NCBI RefSeq assembly: GCF_001194135.2
Contig: NC_068992.1
Location: 1,299,963-1,363,962, forward strand
Length of the DNA stretch: 64,000 nt
Reading direction: 5' to 3'
Source of the DNA: Octopus bimaculoides
Taxonomy: Eukaryota
The position numbers and the translations under genes were made by a program. This document shows, piece after piece, positions 53,127 to 64,000 of this stretch (the stretch's first letter is position 1; each line of letters starts with the position of its first letter). The notes beneath the pieces are model-generated. The model was not told the DNA's origin and did not search any database. It saw only the letters and a list, made by a program, of their open reading frames with translations.

Positions 53127-53657
53127 GAATAATAAAGAGCCTGGTGAATGTCATTTTCCTTCTCTCAGATTTTATATACACACACTCACACACACACACA
53201 TGTATGTGTGTGTGTTCTTGCGCATGTATGAAAGAGAGAAAGATAGAGAGAAGGAGAGTGAAGTTCTTACGACAGGGAACATTTTACATATTACAAAAAA
53301 AGTACTAAGAATTCAAGTACCCACCCTATAAAATAAATGCAAAACTTAAAATCATAATAGCTTCATAAATCATAAGGAAACCACATATATTTTATCTGCT
53401 GAAGTTGCCTCATTTTGAATATTGAGAATAAATAGCGGAGGTTATACACTGCTTTTGAAGGGTGAAAATATCAAAATATAGTGATGAAGATAATATACGT
53501 GGTGAAATGATTAATTTAAAGACGAATGACAGCAAAATAATTCAGCATGATCTTTAGAGCATTCACGTATGCGCATACAGAGCTGATAAACTTCTCTACA
53601 CATATTCACGCGCCAGCACATAAATACATATTTATGCTCAAGAATGTTCATATTTTC

Positions 53658-53708
<51 letters not shown>

Positions 53709-53875
53709 GTGTGTGTGTGTGTGCGTGTGTGTGTGTGTATGTGTGCGTGCATGTGTGCTTGCGTGTCTGTGAATGCGTGTGTATGCATGTGTATGTATAC
53801 GTATAAAATTTGTGTGCGTGTTTGTATAATTATATGAATTTGGATACATACATACACGCATGCACATATACATAC

Positions 53876-53908
<33 letters not shown>

Positions 53909-55804
53909 CTAAATGTATGTATATGTATTGTATGTATATATTGTATCTACAAGCTCACGCACACACACACACATATATATATGATGACATTATTTCTATT
54001 ATAGCGTTTTAAAATATAATTTTATATTATTTTAGATGATTAATATAATAAATGAAATAACGAATGAAGGATAAATGTCATCTATAAAGTTACACATTTA
54101 CGGAGGCAGAAATTTATTTTATGGAAACAATCGGTAAATTTTAAATATTAAAAAATATTAGAAACCGAAGGTGATAGAAATGCAATAAAAAGTAAGTAAA
54201 GACGTTTTAGGTCTGATTTCTGTGAAAGCGACTACTAATTTCCATTTGGAAATAATCGCTGTGATACATTGTTATGACAAATCTCGTCACGTTAAATGAA
54301 TTGTATAATCAGTTGTGTGGATTGAGATGGAGGAATAGTATCTTTCAACAAGGAGAATGGAAAACGTATACACTGCATCAGGAAATATCAGTTTACGGAT
54401 TGGAAAGCGGTCAAAAATAACTTTATGCTGTTCCCAATCGATGTTGGCTGTAGGGGATTCTTTGTTCAGTAAGTATGGAGGATGCTCACAGCAATTGGAA
54501 TGTGAGGTAAGGAGCGAAGGGCAGCAGTGCGCAGGATGGGAGAAGCAGCTGAAAGAGCCTTTTGTTTGCCTTGGAGTAACTGAGAAGAGGACACCTGGAA
54601 GCCAGGAGGAGATGAGGAGCAGTGACTTGGCTATCTCTGCTGACCCACCAACGGGAGGGTGTTACGGTTCAGGGTCGAAACACCCGATGAACGTTCGATA
54701 CCGTCAGACGACATCAGTTCCTTCTTGCGAAGGCGCCATTTACTTTGGTGAATGAAAAAATCACCTCCTCATAGGTGATATTAACATACATATGAATACA
54801 TGAACACACACACACATATATATATGAGATTTGAATAAAGTTAAAGCATGATATGGTTTTCACGTTTCATATTGCATTTACAAATAATCTTTTTACAATG
54901 TTGAAGTGTCTTAAACATTATAAAAATAGTTTGTAATATTCATAAATCTCAAATGGCGTTTTCATACGTTCGTAGTTATCATTAAATTTCAAAATATATT
55001 TAACTGACAGTTGTGATCTTAAACTGACTGACTTCTTCCTTTTCATACCTCTTAGAAATGAACTAACAACAATAATATAGCATCCAGTTAATGGTGTGGA
55101 ATAGAAAATATATTTAACATATGTATGTAAAGAAAGTACAGAAGACTCCCACCAATTGAAATCAAAACGAACGAAACCAACCAAGCTTGCCCACTCATAA
55201 CACCATTACATATAAACTTCATGCTAATTGATTAAAATAAAGACGAGACCTAAGCCAGAAATATCAGTATGCCCGAGAAACAATCGTTTAAGCTGCATGC
55301 GGATTGGTCAGAAGCATATTCGAAAATTCAGCTTGTCGTAGCCTTCTTAGTGGTATAAAAAAGAAGATGGTAGTTATTTTACTACAGTTGTCAAGAAATC
55401 AACTGTGAGTATTTACATTCTGAAATCTGATGATTAATACAAATGTATGAAATTGCTAATTCAACTGCATGAACATTACAAGATATTTTTTTAATGCAGA
55501 AGGCATTTCAACATTGTAAAAAGTAAGTTTTAATACAATAATAAAAAACGTGAAAACCAGACCATGTTTTAAATTTATTCAACTGTTATATTATTCTATA
55601 CACACACAAATTTGGAATATATANNNNNNNNNNNNNNNNNNNNNNNNNNNNNNNNNNNNNNNNNNNNNNNNNNNNNNNNNNNNNNNNNNNNNNNNNNNNN
55701 NNNNNNNNNNNNNNNNNNNNNNNNNNNNNNNNNNNNNNNNNNNNNNNNNNNNNNNNNNNNNNNNNNNNNNNNNNNNNNNNNNNNNNNNNNNNNNNNNNNN
55801 NNNN

Positions 55805-55847
<43 letters not shown>

Positions 55848-57442
55848 ATATATATATATTATACATATATATACATAAATCCATACAAATATATGTATAT
55901 ACATACATGTGGAGAGAGAGTGAGAGAGACCTGGGGATGAGAGAGTAAAAAGCAAGCTAAAACTAAGGGACATATTCTTGTGAGTTCCAAACCATATATA
56001 TGAATATACAAATTAACGTATTTGAATAATTCTTAATAACACGGTTGTTTACAAAAGATGATTAAAGAATTTTGCATCAGATTTAAAACGCAGTAAATGA
56101 AGAGGAGAAAAAATACAGCAAACAATTAAAAGACAAGTAGTCATGCTACCTGAATAATTAATCTGTGTTACTGTATATGTTAATTGCAACAAACCCACGA
56201 AGAATAACCATAGAATATTGCTAAAAGGAAAATCATTTGACGAATTTTGCTGAGCTACATCATAGATAATAACAAAATGACTAAATAAAATTTGTCATGT
56301 AAGTCATTGGCAGGGAGAGAAATATATCATTTATATTCAATAATGTGAATGGTGCACGCAACGAAATTTCAGGGAAATTTTTTTTTCATTTAATTGAATA
56401 TAAAATTTTAGAGGCGTTCGTTAACGGCAAACTAAAAGAAGAAATAATTGAAATAAATTAAGAATTACTTGTAATAACTAATATAACTGTTACAAGAAAA
56501 TTCTCATCTGTTATTCAAAGACAAATTCACCTTAGTGCATTAAACTTTATTTCACTTTTGCTTGTGAATCAATAGTGTATGCCATTGGGTTTTTATTTCC
56601 TTTCACCAGTTAAGTGAAAATTTTCAATTCATTATGTGTTTCTTACGTACACCATTCATTACATCCATATATACTTGATTTCCTCAAGAAATTCCACTGC
56701 CATATTTAAGCTAATTCAATTAACTGATTTTGTTTTACGATGCAAGTTTCTGTTTACTAAAATCTATTCGTAAGCCATTTTTCTCTACACATTCACCATG
56801 CAGTTTTTAGTGTCTCTGCCACTGAATTTGCATTATGACCGTAATATTTCCTTTCCTGTGAATGCCTTTTATGTTAAATCACATGTTTTTCCTTAAGCAT
56901 AAGAGTTTCAATTTTAATTTTATGGATATTTCCTCTTTCTTTCTTAGCTGCGCATGAATTAACTTGGGTTCTTGTCTCATTTAAAGCAACTAGGAAATCT
57001 ATATGCATCCATGATACTTTTTTTTGCTAACGCCATTCCATAAGCGTCTACATAATGGATTTCTCTTAATCTTTGGCATGTACCTTAAAAGAAAAGAAGA
57101 AAAAATATTTAAACACGTTGGGAAAATAAACTTCAATGGTTGCAGCTATGATATTTATATACACGCTGCAAAAGAGCTAGTTTATAGTCTTATCAAGCTT
57201 TCATTAAGTATGCACATTTTCCCTCCGCATAATCAGTTTAGCTATGTATAATTTGCATAAAAACACGGAGAGTATTTTACATAATAGGAGATGCGATGAT
57301 GATGTTTATTAATCCATTAATTTTTTATTTTATTCTTCATTCACAGGACATATACTACCGGATGGTCAAAGGTACGTTAATGATCGCGTTATTCACCTTC
57401 AGAATATTGATTTCAAATTTTGACACAAAACCAAAGTAATTT

Positions 57443-57500
<58 letters not shown>

Positions 57501-57506
57501 TATCAA

Positions 57507-57587
57507 CTGGTAAAGAACGCAAACCGGACGAAATGCAGCTAGCCATTTTGTCCGAGTTTCAAAATTTTTGCCAGCTCACCGCCTTTT
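57507..57587 (-). mobile_element. SINE head fragment (ggcgagctggcagaa family)
   Basis: Reverse complement aaaaggcggtgagctggcaaaa...cggacaaaatggctagctgcatttcgtcc. Confidence 0.55.
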
Positions 57588-58762
57588 ATCCGGGTAATAT
57601 CAAAATATCAATATATTGATATATATCAATATATTATCAATATATTGAAATATTAATATATGCATCCTATAAACCGTATATAAATTCGCGATTACTATTT
57701 TTTGTATTCAATATATGTAAATGTCTCTTCATCAATACATACATACATGCATGCTTATTGAAGCATACATATATTTTTGTGTGTGCACCCACAAACGCAC
57801 ACGTGCATATTTACAATGAGAGATGGGTAAGATTTAAAAATATAGCAAAATTGTTTGGGAAGTTGAGAGAAAATAAACAAGTACACATTAAACATGTGAT
57901 GCATTACTTTTAGGTATGTGGAAAACATTCATTTTATATTTTCTAATGTAAATAAATTAGTATTGTAGGGAATTAAATTTATGTCTTAATTTCACTAAAA
58001 AAGAAAATGAAATATCATTACAATATTTTGTAATCAAGTCTTGGCGCCATATTTATTGTGATGTATTAGAATACAATTATGTTTATCTTGAAATATCAAA
58101 TAAACTATTTGTGACCCATATAAAACACGCTTTGAAGAATAATTTTAGCTTTCTTTTTCCAATATAAATTTTACAATACGATCGTGTTTTTATGTCTGAT
58201 ATAACTATCGCACATTTCGTCATTAAAACTACTAAATCCGCGTGCAGGTGTACTGAGTGTGATAACTTACAATATGTTACCAAATAAATTATACTTTAGT
58301 ACTGACCATGAGCCGTTATGTAATTGATAACATTTCACACATTTTAAGTTTCACGATACTTACCAATTCATATGATGTAAGATGTTGAGCCTATTAGAGA
58401 CAGTTTGATAAATTTATACTTTTCTATTACATTTACTTGCATATAGATACACAATTTAATTTTCTACGGAATTCTATATATACACGTGTTGAGAAAAATA
58501 TCCTCATTCATTTTCTGTTATTTGAACTTATTCAATTTTCTATATCTTATTGTATATGTATATCACGGTTTTTTTCCAGGAGAATTGGTGCATGCAATAT
58601 AAATAACTTTTTTTTTCCAAAGTAAAATAAAATAAATAAAAGAATTCGCGAGCGCGGGCAGGTTGTGAGGACAACTTAGAAGATTGGGTAAACACACTTA
58701 TCAGAACGGAAAATAGCGCCCAGCAAGCCTTTACAAGGAACCGAAAGGATTAATTAAAATGC

Positions 58763-58820
<58 letters not shown>

Positions 58821-60627
58821 ATATATATTCATTTAATGCAGGGAACATAGAGCATCGTACAAGCACGCAATTATTATGAAATATCCAATGTAGCACTAGA
58901 TACGTAGCTCTTCGAAAAGGTTGGCAAACTAATATTAAAGCCACAGCGTGAGAATTAATCACAAGTTGACAGCAAATAATAGCAAGCAAATGAAATGTTA
59001 TACATAGGTCGAGAGAAATGAGGAACATCGCAAAAGTATACACTTGGCCATTCAGATGTTCTTATTTCCGAAGCTTTATTAAGAAAAAAGGTAAAAATAT
59101 TTATTGATCACACGACATGGTAAACTTTCTATTATGATCGTTATTCATTGACATAAAAGATAATGTATATCTCAGATCGTCTTTAGTAGAACTTATCTCC
59201 TATTTGAAATGAAAGCACTACACCCGAAATTAAATAGTTGTAACAGGTCTCTTTATTTAACTTATTAAGGCAAAATTAATGAAGACTCTCACAAACTAAT
59301 TGCTTGTTCAACTTCTTTATCATTACACTTGAAATTGGCCGAGCGAACGAAAACAAATTAAGCTTAGCACTTACGGATTACGCATTAACTGAAAGGCTTA
59401 TAAATAAAATGTAGGTTAAGGCACTCACATATATCACTAATGTCGTGACTACGGGGTACGCAATGCTGGCGCGTTGATATATATATAAGTACATACATAA
59501 ATATACATATACATATACACAAAAGTACTCATAACTATATAAAAAAAAACAACAACAACAACACATATATATACACTTAAACCTATATAAATACATACGT
59601 AAACATATATACATACATACTAACGCATATAGACTAATACACACACACTCATATATATACATATACATGCATATACACATACCCATATAAACAAAATAAA
59701 TAAAAAATCATTAGCTAAAGTTTTTATATAAATAAAGTAGTTTATGTCTACATTTTATTTTTCGTTCATCAAAAGAATTAAGTAAATTATTATCCTTATG
59801 AAATAATATCTCTTTAAATTCATTATTACATAAATTACAAAATTTATTACCTATATGATATGATTTAGCTTTACAAACTATCTCCCATTTTAAAATATAN
59901 NNNNNNNNNNNNNNNNNNNNNNNNNNNNNNNNNNNNNNNNNNNNNNNNNNNNNNNNNNNNNNNNNNNNNNNNNNNNNNNNNNNNNNNNNNNNNNNNNNNN
60001 NNNNNNNNNNNNNNNNNNNNNNNNNNNNNNNNNNNNNNNNNNNNNNNNNNNNNNNNNNNNNNNNNNNNNNNNNNNNNNNNNNNNNNNNNNNNNNNNNNNN
60101 NNNNNNNNNNNNNNNNNNNNNNNNNNNNNNNNNNNNNNNNNNNNNNNNNNNNNNNNNNNNNNNNNNNNNNNNNNNNNNNNNNNNNNNNNNNNNNNNNNNN
60201 NNNNNNNNNNNNNNNNNNNNNNNNNNNNNNNNNNNNNNNNNNNNNNNNNNNNNNNNNNNNNNNNNNNNNNNNNNNNNNNNNNNNNNNNNNNNNNNNNNNN
60301 NNNNNNNNNNNNNNNNNNNNNNNNNNNNNNNNNNNNNNNNNNNNNNNNNNNNNNNNNNNNNNNNNNNNNNNNNNNNNNNNNNNNNNNNNNNNNNNNNNNN
60401 NNNNNNNNNNNNNNNNNNNNNNNNNNNNNNNNNNNNNNNNNNNNNNNNNNNNNNNNNNNNNNNNNNNNNNNNNNNNNNNNNNNNNNNNNNNNNNNNNNNN
60501 NNNNNNNNNNNNNGATATTTACTTTACTTTATATTATACTCATTTATTGTGCTTTTAATTATTAATTTTTCTATATGTGATAGTGGATTTCATCGATGAG
60601 TTCTTGAAAATTAGTTATTTTCCCTAA

Positions 60628-60673
<46 letters not shown>

Positions 60674-63498
60674 AGATAGAAAGAGAGAGAGAGAGTGAGA
60701 GAGAGACATAGACACAGAGTGAAACAGAAACGAAGACAGACAATACACAAACAGACATATAGATAGATAGATAGATAGATAGAGACAGAGTTGTGTGTAC
60801 ATTATACGGAAAGTTTATTTCTTATATTTACTCATAACGTCTATATGCACAAATTGATGCATGTGCATATTTACTGATATATAAAATAAGTTTTGTTATG
60901 AAACTAAGTTACCCATTCAAATTATAAGATATTATATTTGCCACTGCCTATAATAAATGCCATATAATAACATATTGAACTCATATTCTTGTAATTACAC
61001 CTCCCTTTTCAAATGCAAAGTACATGTCACATACTGTAACGAAATATAAATTTGGCCGTGGGATAAAAGCAGGTTCGTACAGAGTGAATACAAGTGTAAT
61101 GTTTCATATCCAGACGTTTGCTTTGGCACGAACGTGAATTATCTCCCCTACATGAAAAGGGAATATTTCCTTGAGTAGCCTTAAAAGACAACACAACGTA
61201 AAACAGGGGATATTACAACTGTCGAACATAATAAAACAATGTTTTCACATGAAACTTAGGTGTACCTATACGAAAGTCAGTATTTTTTACATATCAAATT
61301 AGAAATAGCTTAGTCTTTTTTTTATCCACATCAGCACAAAATGACAAAAAAGATTGGTATAGTACCAACAAAAATTGCACTGTATAAAAAACGCATAATT
61401 TAATTTGTTTGTGTGGTGGTAGTAGATTTTTCAGAAATTTCCTCGTATCTAGGTTCTAATTTGCATACAGCCTGCAATTATAATTTATTTATTTATTTAT
61501 TTTGTGGCAGGCGTGAGTTGTTGTGGTATATCATTTAAAAATATAATTAGAAAATTTCATAAGAATAATAAATAAGAAAGAAATATATTTTGGAGCAAAC
61601 CATCTTATTTCGCATAGTTCCAAAAGACGAATTTATGTTACGTGTCACCGTATGCAAGTCTAAACGTTATTCCCTTACGATTTAGAAGACGAACTTTACA
61701 ACGAAATCATTATTTTACAAAGTATATTATGATTCATAGATGTTGATTATGTAAACAGAATGACAACTACCTGCAGGTTCGTTATAAGCTCTACAATTTT
61801 GTATGCAGCTGAAGAAATTGCCTCTTACAGTATTGTAGGGGAATTAAGTATGCTTACATTGCGATGCTTTTCCATGGTACTTTCCCACTTAGTCATTCTT
61901 TATATTTGTCGTGTTTTACTATTTGCTATGTAACAAAATCTATAATACTGATGTTCAATAATATGTTCTAATTCATTGAATATATTTCCTGAATATGACT
62001 AACTTTATTCCTTGTTTCTGCTCTGCTAAAAGAGCAAGCGTAATGAATAGTCACGCCAAAACAGTTCAAGACATGTGAAGCTAAACTTGTTATCAAGTTT
62101 GTCATTGTTCTATTTTCAATTCTATGTAATCATGCACGATTATATAAACAGAATTAGATGCACCAATAATACCTCATCTCTGCGTTTTCGGACTAAATTA
62201 TGGATGACTCGCAATCAAAGACTGTGCTCAAGAAGCAAAGAAATCTTCGCTTTTTGATAACGAAAATAATATAGATCATGTGATATGAATATTTTTTTTC
62301 AGATCATTGTGGCGAATAAAAGGAAACATTTCTGAAACAAAAGTTTGATTTTGCCGAGGAAGAGTAAAGAACAGTCACTAAAAGTGAAAATACAAGAATA
62401 TCTGCAACAAGGAATATGATTTAGAGTTTATACTTATGTCTGGAAGACTAACTGACCCGCGTGCACAACGGCAGAGAATACTAGGCAAACGTTTGTATGT
62501 TATCAACCACCAGCAATTGAGAAAGATTACTCGGCAGACGTTATCACAGCAATGAGCTTCGGCGCAAATATTTCTGTAAAGAAACCTTGTGCAGCATAGT
62601 ATGAGATATTTAGAATTTTATATGGACAACAGCATGAACTACAACAACCATTATTAAATCTAGGTGAAATATTCTTCTCAGTGCGATCATGATTTTATGC
62701 AGGTTATAACATATATCAAAAACTCCCTATTTTCAATTAAACTTGTCAACTACTTGGAACAGAAACATTCTTCTCTGGAGATTAGTAACAGCCGCCTAGA
62801 CACTGACAAACAAGAACTCAAGAAGAACGACTCCGCGCTTTGACATTACGAAAAAATGTAAAGTAGACGGTTATTTTTCGTATATTATCATACTAGCTAA
62901 GTGCACAAACATGGCGAGCCTGTTGCAACTGTATCTGTAGCTCAGTAGAGCACACCTAAAGATAAATAAAGAGTATGCGATTATAATATAAAGTTTTAAT
63001 TCATATCAAAATATAAACACGCTGAAAACATAAATCGTTCATACAGAAAGTTATTCGCAGTACTGCCAAATTGAAATCCAGTATGTGGCAGTTAGTGTAA
63101 TTGTTGAGGATGTTCATATATATGAGAGATTAATAGGTTTATTTTCAGTTGGCTATAATCTCGTATCTGCAAAACGATATAAACAGAAGACGTTCGTGTA
63201 GTAATTTCTGTTTGGTGAATAAAATAACGCCAGGTTGTATTGCACACAAGTGACATTTTTCCATCTTACTAGATGTTAACGAATAATAGATGTTCCAAAA
63301 TATTTGTGTTGATTCTAAATTCAGGGAAACAGGATATAGAGATAAATATAAGCTTACATTTAGATTCTCACCATCTAGTTTTGGTCGAATACTGGACATA
63401 GTAAAGTTGCATGCACAAATTCCATGGTTACGATGTAGTGATTTCAGTATTGTGAGGAGAAATATGCTTACATAAATAATCGTGTATATGTATGTACG

Positions 63499-63561
<63 letters not shown>

Positions 63562-63600
63562 ATACTATATGTATCTGAGTGTATGAACGCGCGTTAGTGT

Positions 63601-63646
<46 letters not shown>

Positions 63647-63804
63647 ATCCGACATTCTAGCCCGACGTCCACAGCGTCCGATATAGAGCAAGACTAATGC
63701 GACTATGTCATGTTACACACACACACACACAAATATATACAAATATGGATCAAAACAGTTTGATTCAAATTCATTAATACTCTTGTGTTTCAACGGTTTG
63801 CATC

Positions 63805-63977
63805 GCATCTAACATCGCACATATCAACAGACGTAAAAATACACCCACCGCAACCTGCAACGTTCGAAACCCCACCAGATGCCCTCTAGATGGATCTTTT
63901 CAAGGTGCGGGTTATACAGAGCAACACTTACACCATCCGATGACATTACAAGACACCATACATGTAACTCCAAATAA
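63805..63977 (+). mobile_element. Penelope-like element GIY-YIG endonuclease fragment
   Basis: SNIAHINRRKNTPTATCNVRNPTRCPLDG.. (frameshift) LYRATLTPSDDITRH matches the PLE linker and nuclease start (NI..II..HN..CNCR..CPL.G.CL..VIY.AT). Confidence 0.65.
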
Positions 63978-64000
63978 ATCTGTTGAGTGCACTTCTGTTT

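Noticed and set aside
59375-59388. 14-nt minus-strand microexon-like segment (ctttcag|TTAATGCGTAATCC|GTAAGT)
   Set aside because: Too short to distinguish from chance in AT-rich DNA without RNA data.
62388-62556. Peptide ICNKEYDLEFILMSG...QRQRILGKRLY...KIT resembling a LINE zinc knuckle or a PABP MLLE domain
   Set aside because: The similarities are short, mutually inconsistent and lack flanking support.

Overview
AT-rich animal genomic scaffold with dense (TA)n/(CA)n/(GA)n/(TCTA)n microsatellites and 10 N-gaps. The SINE, LINE and mariner families look like those of Octopus/coleoid cephalopods; this is from recall, no database search was run. No host protein-coding gene can be called confidently. 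Every long ORF in the track is either an N-gap or microsatellite artefact or a transposon remnant. Recognisable elements: several tRNA-SINE families (two copies with clear TSDs), three R4/Dong-like RLE LINE 3' ends, RTE-clade RT and APE fragments, a dead mariner transposase, a probable decayed piggyBac, a palindromic MITE and a Penelope-like (PLE) GIY-YIG fragment. The standout is 41742-42341. Two diverged copies of a tRNA-headed SINE are fused head-to-head with no spacer, and one 12-bp direct repeat (accaatttattt) flanks the pair. Each copy carries a minimal PLE-type hammerhead ribozyme motif with a palindromic ACGU stem III. This suggests a ribozyme-bearing SINE family in which two RNAs were co-inserted in one event (inference). 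Further hammerhead-like motifs occur at 53065-53126 and, degenerate, at 51943-51974. Perfect short fold-back palindromes recur inside TE remnants.
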